Below are positions 16,283 to 25,787 of a stretch of DNA of 64,000 nt, in pieces (within the stretch, counting starts at the first letter, position 1; each line of letters starts with the position of its first letter). Under the pieces are notes generated by a model that searched no databases, was not told the DNA's origin, and worked only from the letters and a program-made list of their open reading frames with translations. Source of the stretch: Gemmatimonadota bacterium (GTDB taxonomy: Bacteria; Gemmatimonadota; Gemmatimonadetes; Longimicrobiales; Gaopeijiaceae); assembly GCA_003562075.1 (NCBI GenBank), contig PWWP01000111.1, positions 5,793 through 69,792 on the forward strand, given 5' to 3'. A program made the position numbers and the translations under genes.

Positions 16283-17581
16283 TCAGCCACCCTCGGCTGG
16301 GGTCTCCTCTGATTCCAGGGCCCGCCAGCCGATGTCACTCCGGTAGGTCTTTCCCTGGAACTGGATGGCCTCGGCTCCCGCCAGGCTCCGCTCCCGGGCT
16401 TCGGCCAAGGTATTGCCCAGCCCCACGACTGAGAGGACCCGGCCACCGGCTGTGAGGAGACGTCCTTCCTCTTCGCGGGTGCCGGCGTGGAAGACCAGGA
16501 GATCCTCCTGGTCCGTGAGCCCTCCCGGGATCTGGATCTCCTTGCCCTTCTCGTAGCTTCCTGGATATCCCTCCGACGCCAGGACGGTGTTCAGCGCTGA
16601 CCGCCCGTTCCACCGAGCCCGGGTTCCTGCGATGCTCCCCCCCCGCCCCACGGCCACCAGCAATTCCAGGAGGGGATTGTCCATGAGAGGGAGGATCACC
16701 TGGGCCTCCGGGTCCCCGAACCGGCAGTTGAATTCCACCACCTTGGGACCGTCGGCCGTCTTCATGAGACCGGCGTAGAGAACTCCCCGAAAGGGGCTGG
16801 CCGAGGCTTCCATAGCGTCCAGGACCGGGAGGAAGATCTGGTCCCGAACCGTGTCCAGAAGGTGGTCAGTCGCGATGGGGATGGGCGCATAGGCTCCCAT
16901 TCCACCGGTGTTGGGTCCCGTGTCCCCTTCGCCGATCTGCTTGTGGTCCTGGGAGGGGAGGAGGAAGGTCACGTGCCGGCCGTCGGTGATGCCGAAGACG
17001 GAGAGCTCCTCGCCCTCCATGAACTCCTCCACCACGATCTCGGCACCGGCACTTCCGAAGGCGTCACCTTCCAGCATCTCCCGGGCGGCCTCCAACGCCT
17101 CTTCCGTGGTCTGGCAGACGATGGCCCCCTTCCCGGCGGCCAGGCCCGACGCCTTCACCACCAGGGGGCCCTCTTTCTCCTGGATATACGCCTCCGCGTC
17201 AGACCAGCTCCGGAAACACCGGTAGGCGGCCGTCGGGACCCCGACCCGCTCCATGAGATCCTTGGCGAAGGCCTTGGATGACTCGATCCGAGCGGCAGTG
17301 GCTGTGGGCCCGAAGACCGGGAGGCCCCGTTTCCGGAAGGCGTCAGCCAGCCCTCGGGCCAGGGGGATCTCGGGGCCCACCACGGTGAGGGAAATCTCCT
17401 CTCCCTCGGCCCAGGTGCCCAGTCGGTCCACATCCGTGGGGGCCAGGTCCACCCCCGTGCAGAGGGGCGCCATCCCTGGATTGGGACGGGTGGCGAAAAA
17501 TTGTGCCGAGGGCGCGTCCCTCCGCAGCTTCCAGAGGAGGGCGTGCTCCCTCCCACCGTTACCGACGATCAGAATCTTCAT
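16283..17581 (-). CDS. purD: Phosphoribosylamine-glycine ligase
   Basis: Start set at ATG 17581 (MKILIVGNGGREHALLWKL). 432 aa with the ATP-grasp pattern and typical PurD length. Confidence 0.95.
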   Translation of the reverse strand: MKILIVGNGGREHALLWKLRRDAPSAQFFATRPNPGMAPLCTGVDLAPTDVDRLGTWAEGEEISLTVVGPEIPLARGLADAFRKRGLPVFGPTATAARIESSKAFAKDLMERVGVPTAAYRCFRSWSDAEAYIQEKEGPLVVKASGLAAGKGAIVCQTTEEALEAAREMLEGDAFGSAGAEIVVEEFMEGEELSVFGITDGRHVTFLLPSQDHKQIGEGDTGPNTGGMGAYAPIPIATDHLLDTVRDQIFLPVLDAMEASASPFRGVLYAGLMKTADGPKVVEFNCRFGDPEAQVILPLMDNPLLELLVAVGRGGSIAGTRARWNGRSALNTVLASEGYPGSYEKGKEIQIPGGLTDQEDLLVFHAGTREEEGRLLTAGGRVLSVVGLGNTLAEARERSLAGAEAIQFQGKTYRSDIGWRALESEETPAEGG

Positions 17582-17613
17582 GGGGCGAACACTACCCGAG
17601 GGAAGGAGGACTG

Positions 17614-20600
17614 TCAAAGGCAATCCGGGCCCTGTGTGGGACGTCCCCATCCCCCACCACCCGGTGTTTCCACCACGAGGAGGTCTCCCTGCTCCACCTC
17701 CACCTGAGCGGCTCCCTCCAGCTCCACCCGGTCTCCGGCGGCGCCGATGATCCACTGACGCCCCGGGGCACCGGCCTCACCTCCGGCGGCGCCGTACGGG
17801 CGGACTCGCCGGTGTTGAGCCAGGAGGGAGAGGCAGAGGGGGCGGAGGAACCGGAGGGCTCGGACCAGCCCGTCGCCCCCGGTCCAGCGCCCCTGCCCCC
17901 CGGAGCCGGACCGGAGTCGGAAGGCCTCCACCCGGACCGGAAATCGGTGCTCCAGCACTTCCACGTCGGTGATCCGGGTGTTGGTCATGTGGACCTGGGT
18001 TCCGGATGCGCCATGGAATCCCCGGCCGGCTCCGGCCCCGCCTCCGATGGTCTCATAGTACGAAAGCCGCTCGTCTCCGAAGAGGAGGTTGTTCATGGTT
18101 CCCTGGCCGGCGCCCAGGAGCTGGAACGGCTTCAGGAGGGTGTCCACCAACCGCTGACTCGTTTCCACATTCCCTCCCACCACCGCCGGTGCATCCTGAG
18201 GAGAGAGGTGCAGGGGCGGGTTCAGAAGTCCCGGAGGGAGGTGGATCCGAATCGGATCCAGGAGGCCTTCGTTCAGGGGGAGCTCCTGGCCTGCCAGGAT
18301 CCGGAGAAGGTAGAGGACCCCACTCCTGACGATGGCGGGAGTGGCGTTCAGGTTCCCGGGGTGGACCGGTCCTGAGCCGGTGAAGTCAAAGGTGGCCGAC
18401 GCCCCCTTCACCTGGATCGAGACGGAGAGGAGCGTGCCGTCGTCCAGCTCCTCGGTGGCGCGGTGGATTCCGTCCTCTAGTTTGAGGATGACCTCCCGAG
18501 CGCGACGGGCTGCCCGCCGCCGGAGGTGCTCCATCTGTTCGGTCAACGTCTGGGCGCCATGGGTCCGGATCAGATCTTCCACGAGGCCGGCGCCGCGATG
18601 GTTCGCTGCCACCTGAGCCGCCAGATCGGCCAGGTTGTCCTCCACGGCTCGGGAAGGGTGGGGACCCTGGGAGAGGAGGTCCTGGATCCTGTCCCACTGC
18701 TCCACGCCCCCCCGGACCAGGTGTTGAGGTGGGATGACCACCCCCTCTTCGATGAGCCGCCGACTTTCAGGTGGCATGGAGCCGGGGCGGATCCCACCGA
18801 TCTCGGCGTGGTGCGCCCGATTGGCCACGAATCCCAGGAGGGGCGGCGTCGAGGCCTCCGTCGTGCCCTCAGCGAAGAGGGGCGTGATGACGGTCACGTC
18901 CGGGAGGTGGGATCCGCCGAACCCCGGGTGATTGGTGACAGCCACGTCCCCTGGACCCAGTGCCAGTTCCCGGGCCACGCTTCGGACGCATGCTCCCAGC
19001 GCACCCAGATGGACGGGGATGTGGGGGGCATTTACGACCAGGCGACCCTGGGCGTCCAGGAGGGCGCAGGAGAAGTCCTCCCGCTCCCGGATGTTCACCG
19101 AGAGGGCCGTTCGCCGGAGCTGAGCCCCCATCTCCCCAACCACCCCCCGGAACCGTTGGACGAAGAGCTCCCGATGGATGGCCCCGCTCCGGATCGCCGG
19201 CGATGCAGGGAGCCCATTGGAAGCCCCTTGGCTCCAGGTGGGTGGCTGACTGGTGGGGGTGGACGTCAGTCGGAGGGTCCCGTCGGCCAGGACCTCTCCC
19301 GTCCATCCCTCCTCCACCACCACAGTGGCATGTCGGGCTCGGAGGAGGGCCGGGCCCGGGACTCGGGCCCCAGGCGGAAGGTCGTCCCGGTTGTGAACGG
19401 GCACCTGGTGCCATCGTCCCCTGCCCCAGAGCCTGTGTTGGTCGGCAGCTGGGGGGAGGGATCGAAGGGAGGGCTGGGGGAGGGGAAGGGGGAGGTGGAC
19501 GGACCCTGTGGCGGTGACCCGGATGGATTCCACCTCGATGGGGTGATCCCGAGGCTCGTGGCCGAAGGTCTGTCGGTAGACTTCCCGGAAGGCTTCCTGG
19601 AGCCAGGTAGCCGGATGGGTTCCTCCTCCCTCCGACGGACTGCCCGTCGCCGGATCGGTGGGGCCTGGCGTCGTCGAATCCGGCAGGGGGATGGCCAGGG
19701 TGGACTCCTGTCCAAGGAGCCGGAGGTGCGCTACCGCCTCCCGGATCCGGGTCTCACGGTGGGGAGCCCCTGTACGAGCCACCTCCTCCCGGGCTTGCTG
19801 TTCCAGGATTTCCCGAGCCTCCTGCACTGCCCGGATGGCCTCAGGAAGGGGCTGGAGGATCTCCGCCCGCTCCACCTTCTCCACAGGCGCCACGTCCAGT
19901 CCAACGGCGCTCAGGACCCCGGCCTCCGCCGGGATGAGGACTCCCTTCATCTGGAGCGCGTGGGCCAGGGCGCAGGCATGCTGGGGACCGGCGCCTCCGA
20001 AGGCCACCAGGTAGTGGTCAGCAGGATCGTAGCCCTTGCGGACCGATGTCCGCCGGATGGCCTGAGTCATCCGTTGGTTGGCCAACTCCAGGAAGCCGGC
20101 CAGGAGCTCCTCCAGGGAAGGGTCGGAAGCAGTCTCGGCGGCCAGTTGATCTCGGAGGCCCTGTGCCCGTTTCAGGGCGGGGCTCCGATCCAGGGGAAGC
20201 TGGGTCTGTCCTCGGGGGAGTCGTCCCAGGAGGAGGTTCACGTCGGTGAGGGTCAGGGGCCCCCCGGCGCCGTAGCAGGCCGGGCCAGGCTCGGCGCCAG
20301 CGCTCTCGGGACCTACGGACGGCACGCCTCTCTCCACCCGACAGATGGAGCCTCCCCCGGCGGCCACCGTCTCCACCGCCACGGCCGGAGTCTTGAGCCG
20401 AGCCGGGCCCACCTGGTGCTCCTCCACCACTTCCGGGGATCCGTGGTGGCGGGAGACATCGGTGCTGGTGCCACCCATGTCCAGGGAGATGACTGGGTCG
20501 ACGCCGGCCAAACGGGCGATGTGGGCGGCTCCCAGGACACCTCCTGCCGGCCCGGAGAGGAGGGTTTCCCGGGCTCGAACCTGTTTCGCTCGTGTCAGAC

Positions 20601-21564
20601 CCCCCGTGGAGGTCATGACCAGGAGTCGAGAGCCTGGGATGGCATCCAGGATCTCCTGCAGGTAATCGTGGAGGATGGGACCCAGGTATGCTTCTACCGT
20701 CGTGGTCTCGGTCCGCCTCAGGAGGTGGGTGAAGGGCGCCACCTGAGAGGACAAGGCGACGAATGAGAATCCCTGTTCCCGAAGAAACCGACCCAGGGCC
20801 TCTTCGTGTGCAGGATTCCGATGAGCATGGAGGAGGGTCACGGCAGCAGATTCGATCCCCTCAGCCCGGAGCCTGGCGACTTGCCGGCGAAGGGAGGGAG
20901 GGGGCGGATCCAGGGCCAGTGGGGTCAGCACCTCTCCTTCGGACGAGACCCGTTCCTCCACCTCCACGACCTGATCCACCAGGGGGGGTGGACGAGCAAC
21001 GTCCAGGGCGAACAGCCTTGGACGGGTCTGGTCCCCGATTCGGAGGGTGTCTCCGAATCCCTGTGTCAGGAAGAGGGCTGCCGGGGCTCCCTTTCGCTCC
21101 AGGAGGGCGTTGGTGGCCCGGGTGGTGGCCAGGCGGAGGCGAAGGTTCTTCGGGAGGGGAGCATGGAGGGCGGTTCCGGTGACCAGGCGGGTGGCCAGGA
21201 TGGGGGCCGGCTCCGGCGAGCGAAGCTCCACCAGCTCTCCCTCCTGCAGGGCCTCCTGCCTGGTCTGACTATCGTCCAGGGTCAGTTGGAGCGTATCTCC
21301 GGTCCGGGTCCCATGGCGGATCCGGCCCAGCGGAGCGCCGGTTCTGCGCTGGTGGAGGGTGAGGCCTTCGAGGAGCTTCGGCTCAGGCCCGGCCAGATCC
21401 TTCAGGTGGATCCTTCCCTGGGGCTCGACCCGGTCCATCCGGGCCCGGATGGCTCCCGTAGAGAGGACTTTGACGGCGATCCGGTCTCCCCCGGGGGAGC
21501 GGGCCACACAGTCGGTGAAGGTTCCCCCGGTGTCGACCCGAACGTCCCATTCGCCCTGAGGCAC
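17614..21564 (-). CDS. Fused hydantoinase A/B-type ATP-dependent 5-oxoprolinase
   Basis: 1316 aa. N-terminus is [10 protein letters not shown] (HyuA-type). The C-terminal half is HyuB-like ([12 protein letters not shown]). The GTG start overlaps the upstream TAG by 1 nt at 21564. Confidence 0.85.
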   Translation of the reverse strand: MPQGEWDVRVDTGGTFTDCVARSPGGDRIAVKVLSTGAIRARMDRVEPQGRIHLKDLAGPEPKLLEGLTLHQRRTGAPLGRIRHGTRTGDTLQLTLDDSQTRQEALQEGELVELRSPEPAPILATRLVTGTALHAPLPKNLRLRLATTRATNALLERKGAPAALFLTQGFGDTLRIGDQTRPRLFALDVARPPPLVDQVVEVEERVSSEGEVLTPLALDPPPPSLRRQVARLRAEGIESAAVTLLHAHRNPAHEEALGRFLREQGFSFVALSSQVAPFTHLLRRTETTTVEAYLGPILHDYLQEILDAIPGSRLLVMTSTGGLTRAKQVRARETLLSGPAGGVLGAAHIARLAGVDPVISLDMGGTSTDVSRHHGSPEVVEEHQVGPARLKTPAVAVETVAAGGGSICRVERGVPSVGPESAGAEPGPACYGAGGPLTLTDVNLLLGRLPRGQTQLPLDRSPALKRAQGLRDQLAAETASDPSLEELLAGFLELANQRMTQAIRRTSVRKGYDPADHYLVAFGGAGPQHACALAHALQMKGVLIPAEAGVLSAVGLDVAPVEKVERAEILQPLPEAIRAVQEAREILEQQAREEVARTGAPHRETRIREAVAHLRLLGQESTLAIPLPDSTTPGPTDPATGSPSEGGGTHPATWLQEAFREVYRQTFGHEPRDHPIEVESIRVTATGSVHLPLPLPQPSLRSLPPAADQHRLWGRGRWHQVPVHNRDDLPPGARVPGPALLRARHATVVVEEGWTGEVLADGTLRLTSTPTSQPPTWSQGASNGLPASPAIRSGAIHRELFVQRFRGVVGEMGAQLRRTALSVNIREREDFSCALLDAQGRLVVNAPHIPVHLGALGACVRSVARELALGPGDVAVTNHPGFGGSHLPDVTVITPLFAEGTTEASTPPLLGFVANRAHHAEIGGIRPGSMPPESRRLIEEGVVIPPQHLVRGGVEQWDRIQDLLSQGPHPSRAVEDNLADLAAQVAANHRGAGLVEDLIRTHGAQTLTEQMEHLRRRAARRAREVILKLEDGIHRATEELDDGTLLSVSIQVKGASATFDFTGSGPVHPGNLNATPAIVRSGVLYLLRILAGQELPLNEGLLDPIRIHLPPGLLNPPLHLSPQDAPAVVGGNVETSQRLVDTLLKPFQLLGAGQGTMNNLLFGDERLSYYETIGGGAGAGRGFHGASGTQVHMTNTRITDVEVLEHRFPVRVEAFRLRSGSGGQGRWTGGDGLVRALRFLRPLCLSLLAQHRRVRPYGAAGGEAGAPGRQWIIGAAGDRVELEGAAQVEVEQGDLLVVETPGGGGWGRPTQGPDCL

Positions 21565-22610
21565 TACCAGCTTGCTCCAGGACCCTTCCCTCCTCCCCGG
21601 AGGTTCTCGAAGATGGAGTCGCGCATCTTGCGGGCGGCGGAGGTCAGGTCGTCCACGAACTCCTTGGCCTCCTTCCGATAGGTGGCAGCAGCGTCCTCCA
21701 GATCCTCGGCATAGGTTGCCTCCGGATCATCCCGACGGATGTAGTCCCCCTGCAGGACCCGATCGTAGGCGCCACTCTCGATCCACTCCCGCATCTCCGA
21801 CACCCGGAGGACGTAGAAGGGGTGGGTAGCACCCAGGAGGTTCATGACCTTGAACACGGAATCGGCAACGTCGTCGCTCTCCCGATAGGCTTCCGCCTGC
21901 TCCAGGAAGGCAGTGACGTTCATCTCGTCCGGTTGGCCCCCGCCTGCCATCTTCAGCATGGCTCTGTAGACCACCCGGGGGTCCTGGACGCCCAGGAGGC
22001 CGGCTCGGTCGGCGGAGAGTTCGCTCTTCCGGTACCATTCCAGGAGCGCGACCAGGACCCCCCTGGCGGCCAGCCCCACGATGGGGAAGCCTCGTTCCGC
22101 CAACTGGATCAGGATGACCAGCATGGTCCGGTAGAGCACGTGTCCGCTGAGGATGTGTCCAACCTCGTGGGCCATGACGTACTGGAGCTCATCGTCATCC
22201 AGGAGGTGGACCGTCCCCGAGTTCAGGAGGACGAAGGGGCGTTCCATCCCATAGGCCCCGGCGTTCACCATGGGGGTCTGGGACACGAAGAGGGGATAGG
22301 GCTCGGGGGCGTCCAGGGTGCGGAGGACCTCCTGGTACAGGGTGTGGACCCGGCCAAACTGGCGATGGGAGACCTGGACCGAGTTGGCCTGGAATGCCAG
22401 GCGAATGGGTTTTTCGCCAAAGAACCCGAAGAGCTTCCGCAGGACCTCGTCGAAGACGGGGATGGAGCGGAGGCCGTGGAGAGCGGCCCGGTCCGCAGGA
22501 TGCTCCCAGCTCCGGGAGGAGATCCCGGTGAGGATCCGCCGGCTGGGTGCGTCGTGGGCGGGCTCCTCCGGCCCTGGGTCCTGCTCGAAGCGGGGATCGT
22601 CGGGTGTCAT
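21564..22610 (-). CDS. M48-family zinc metallopeptidase
   Basis: Start set at ATG 22610. The HExxH motif is MAHEVGHILSGH. 348 aa. Confidence 0.8.
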   Translation of the reverse strand: MTPDDPRFEQDPGPEEPAHDAPSRRILTGISSRSWEHPADRAALHGLRSIPVFDEVLRKLFGFFGEKPIRLAFQANSVQVSHRQFGRVHTLYQEVLRTLDAPEPYPLFVSQTPMVNAGAYGMERPFVLLNSGTVHLLDDDELQYVMAHEVGHILSGHVLYRTMLVILIQLAERGFPIVGLAARGVLVALLEWYRKSELSADRAGLLGVQDPRVVYRAMLKMAGGGQPDEMNVTAFLEQAEAYRESDDVADSVFKVMNLLGATHPFYVLRVSEMREWIESGAYDRVLQGDYIRRDDPEATYAEDLEDAAATYRKEAKEFVDDLTSAARKMRDSIFENLRGGGKGPGASW

Positions 22611-22800
22611 GGCAGGGTCTCCTGGGCCAGGGGTGGATGGAACCGATGGGAGGGGGCGGACCCGACCTGCGGATCCGGCTCCCCTCCCTTCCCAGATACG
22701 GGGGCCGGGACAGGAAGTTTCAGGAGCTGGGTGGCAGGCTGAGGACCAGCCCCTCCTGGATCGGGCCGCCCCAAGGGCCAATCCCCCCGTCCTCCCTGTG

Positions 22801-23964
22801 CTACAGCCCCTTCAATGCTTCGGTCAGGTCCTCCAGGAGGTCTGCCGGATCCTCGATGCCCACGGAGAGTCGGACCAGCCCTTCCGTCACGCCCATTGCA
22901 TCCCTTCGGTCCGGAGCCACCGAGGCGTGGGTCATGAGGGCGGGGACGCCGATGAGGGACTCGACGCCGCCCAGGGATTCGGCCAGGGCGAAGAGTCGGG
23001 TCCGCTCCACCATGGTCCGGGCCCGCTCCCCGCTTCCCAGCTCCACCGAGACCATGCCGGTGAACCCGGTCATCTGACGGAGGGCCAGAGCATGCTGGGG
23101 GTGGGACGGAAGCCCCGGGTAGTGGACGGCCTGGGTGGCTGGATGCTCCTCCAGGAAGCGAGCCACGGCCAGTCCGTTCTCGTTGTGGGCCTTCATTCGC
23201 AGGTGGAGGGTCTTGGTTCCCCGGAGAACGAGCCAGGCGTCCATGGGGCCGGGAACGGCGCCGGTGGACTTCCGGATGAAGGAGAGCTCGTCGAACAACT
23301 CTTCGTCATCCACGACCAGCGCTCCCCCGATGACGTCGGAATGGCCGTTCAGGTACTTGGTGGTGGAGTGGACCACCACGTCAGCACCGAACTCCAGGGG
23401 CCGCTGGTTGAAGGGGGTAGAGAAGGTGTTGTCCACCATGAGGAGGGCCTGGGCTTCCCCGGCGATCTCCGCGATGGCCTCCAGGTCGCAGAGGCGCATC
23501 ATGGGGTTGGTGGGCGTTTCCAGGTGGATGAGACGGGTCTCGGGCCGGAGCGCGTCCCGGACCGCTTCCGGATCCCGGCTGTCCACGAAGGTGAAGTCGA
23601 CTCCCAGCCGGGACAGAACCTTGTTGAACATCCGATTGGTGCCACCATAGGTGTTCTCTTCGCTCACCACGTGGTCCCCGGCACTCAGAGTCTTCACCAC
23701 GGCCTCGATGGCGGCCAGGCCGCTGGCGAAGGCCAGGCCGAAGTTTCCCCCCTCCAGCGAGGCCAGGTTTCGCTCCAGAGCCTCCCGGGTGGGGTTCTGG
23801 ACCCGGGCGTACTCGTAGCCCAGGTGACCGCCCAGTTCGGGCTGGACGTAGGTGGAGGTCTGGTAGATGGGGGGCATGATGGCCCCGGTCGTAGGCTCGG
23901 GAGCCTGCCCACCGTGGATGGCCCGGGTGGCGAAGGCGTCGTCGGAGGGGGTCATGTGGGTCAT
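22801..23964 (-). CDS. Cys/Met-metabolism PLP-dependent enzyme (cystathionine gamma-lyase / gamma-synthase-like)
   Basis: Start set at ATG 23964 (23955 also possible). Motifs include TRAIHGGQ, PPIYQTSTY and the PLP-lysine motif STTKYLNGHSDVIGG. 387 aa. Confidence 0.85.
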   Translation of the reverse strand: MTHMTPSDDAFATRAIHGGQAPEPTTGAIMPPIYQTSTYVQPELGGHLGYEYARVQNPTREALERNLASLEGGNFGLAFASGLAAIEAVVKTLSAGDHVVSEENTYGGTNRMFNKVLSRLGVDFTFVDSRDPEAVRDALRPETRLIHLETPTNPMMRLCDLEAIAEIAGEAQALLMVDNTFSTPFNQRPLEFGADVVVHSTTKYLNGHSDVIGGALVVDDEELFDELSFIRKSTGAVPGPMDAWLVLRGTKTLHLRMKAHNENGLAVARFLEEHPATQAVHYPGLPSHPQHALALRQMTGFTGMVSVELGSGERARTMVERTRLFALAESLGGVESLIGVPALMTHASVAPDRRDAMGVTEGLVRLSVGIEDPADLLEDLTEALKGL

Positions 23965-24230
23965 GGTCGGCCGCAAGGAATGATGGAGTGGGTGAACGGA
24001 CCCAAAGTTGGGACGAGTGGCCTGGGAACGCCATGCCCCCGGGATCTCCTGCAACGTCCGCGTACAATCTCCTTGACACGCCTCCAGGGTGCGTTGACAT
24101 GCCCCCATGGTGCAATGAGTGTTCGAGGGTTTGATGACCGGGGCGAACCGGGATCCGGGATGGCCCGGAGGCCGGAGTGTCACCGGCCGCATCCTGGCCG
24201 TCCACGTTCACTGCCATCCACTGAGCCTCT

Positions 24231-25718
24231 ATGCCTGTTTCCCTTCCTGACGACCTCATGGTCAGCGTCTCCGGCTTCCGGGGACGCGTGGGCGCACCCC
24301 TGACCCCTGAACTCATCACGAGCCTGGCGGCCGCCTTCGGGACCTTCCTCAGGGAGGAGGGGGGCGGCCAGACCGTCTACCTGGGACGGGATTCCCGGAC
24401 CTCGGGTCCCATGTTCACCGACGCCGCCCGGGCCGGCTTGGTCTCGGTGGGGACTTCCGTTGTGGATCTGGGTGTGGTGCCCACGCCCACCCTCCTCCTG
24501 GCGGCAGAGGAGGCAGGGGCTGCCGGAGCTCTTGGAGTGACGGCCAGCCACAACCCGGCGGAATGGAACGCCCTCAAGTTCGCCGGTGGCGACGGCCTCT
24601 TCCTGGACGCCGAGCAGATGGGCCGGTTTCGAAAATTACTTGACAAAGTCAACTATTCTCGGGCGTCCTGGGACGAACTGGGCCAGGTGTCCCTGGATCG
24701 GGACGCCGTGAACCGACACATCGAACGGATCCTGGAACTCCCCTTCGTGGATGTGGAAGCCCTCAGGAAGCGCCGGTTCCACGTGGCCCTGGATTGTGTC
24801 CACGGCGCAGGAGGCCAGATGGTCCCGGCCCTCCTCTCCCAGTTGGGCTGCAGGGTCTCGGGGATGGGACTGGAGTCGGACGGTCGCTTCCCCCGGGACC
24901 CGGAGCCGACGGCCGCCAACCTGACGGGGTTGGGAGAGCTGGTCCGGAGTTCGGGGGCCGAGCTGGGCTTTGCCTTGGACCCGGACGTGGACCGCCTGGC
25001 GCTGGTGAATGGTGAGGGAGACCCGGTGGGAGAGGACCTGACCCTGGCCCTCTGTGCCCATGTGGTCCTCTCTCGGGAATGGAGTCGGGGGCCGGTGGTG
25101 ACGAACCTCTCCACCAGCCAGGTGGTGGAGGATGTGGCCCGGGAGGCAGGGGTGCCGTGCCTCCGAGCGCCGGTGGGCGAGGTGAATGTGGCGCGGCGGA
25201 TGGAGGCGGAGGGAGCACCCGTCGGGGGAGAGGGGAATGGTGGAGTGATTCTTCGGGATCTCCACCTGACCCGGGATGCGCCCCTGGGGGTGGCACTGAT
25301 CCTGCAGCATCTCCTGGAGACGGGGGCGAGTCTGAAGGAGGCGGTGGACCGCTGGCCCTCCTACCAGATCGTGAAGGAGAAAGCTCCCTTCCCCCGAGAG
25401 CAGATCCAGGAAGGATATGCGGCGCTGCTGGCCGCTTTCCAGCCCAAGGGTGCTGACGGCCGTGAAGAGGGGCAGGGGGGCCCAGGGAGTGATGGTGCGG
25501 ATGACGGGGCCGGCCAGAAGGACCAGGCAGGGACCGCAGACCAATCCCTCGTGGTAGATCGGTCCGATGGCTTGAGATTGGCTTGGCCGGATCGGAGAGA
25601 ATGGCTCCACGTCCGGCCCTCGGGCACGGAGCCGGTGGTCCGGTTCATCGCGGAGGCCACGAGCCGGGAGCGGGCGGAGGCCCTGGTGGCCCGGGGTCGC
25701 GAGATTCTGGGCGCCTGA
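24231..25718 (+). CDS. Alpha-D-phosphohexomutase (phosphoglucosamine mutase-like by context)
   Basis: Active-site serine loop is GVTASHNPAEWNALKF. The metal loop is DPDVDR. A Gly/Asp-rich insertion lies near aa 400-435. The gene sits immediately upstream of glmS. Confidence 0.8.
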   Translation: MPVSLPDDLMVSVSGFRGRVGAPLTPELITSLAAAFGTFLREEGGGQTVYLGRDSRTSGPMFTDAARAGLVSVGTSVVDLGVVPTPTLLLAAEEAGAAGALGVTASHNPAEWNALKFAGGDGLFLDAEQMGRFRKLLDKVNYSRASWDELGQVSLDRDAVNRHIERILELPFVDVEALRKRRFHVALDCVHGAGGQMVPALLSQLGCRVSGMGLESDGRFPRDPEPTAANLTGLGELVRSSGAELGFALDPDVDRLALVNGEGDPVGEDLTLALCAHVVLSREWSRGPVVTNLSTSQVVEDVAREAGVPCLRAPVGEVNVARRMEAEGAPVGGEGNGGVILRDLHLTRDAPLGVALILQHLLETGASLKEAVDRWPSYQIVKEKAPFPREQIQEGYAALLAAFQPKGADGREEGQGGPGSDGADDGAGQKDQAGTADQSLVVDRSDGLRLAWPDRREWLHVRPSGTEPVVRFIAEATSRERAEALVARGREILGA

Positions 25719-25787
25719 CGGCCCTGGGATCATCCGAGGTGCGCTCTTGATTCACCCACAGAAGACCTTGAAAAGGCGGACATTTCT

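Noticed and set aside
18526-20766. 746-aa plus-strand ORF, plus similar ORFs 19658..20014 and 20806..21681
   Set aside because: It is antisense to the well-supported 5-oxoprolinase gene. The translation is Arg/Gly/Pro-rich with no motifs, a typical high-GC shadow ORF.
23965-24230. Possible SAM or other methionine-related riboswitch in the 5' leader of the cystathionine-lyase-like gene
   Set aside because: Reading the minus strand, I could not find the conserved SAM-I, SAM-II or SAM-IV core elements. Only a repeated GGGGGCAUG and generic GC-rich pairing are present.
22318-24303. 661-aa plus-strand ORF
   Set aside because: It is antisense to the M48 peptidase and the PLP enzyme genes, both of which carry clear catalytic motifs. 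Its composition is low-complexity.
25719-25787. Possible glmS ribozyme upstream of glmS
   Set aside because: The intergenic gap is only 69 nt, far shorter than the ribozyme. No matching core sequence is visible, and glmS appears co-transcribed with the upstream mutase.
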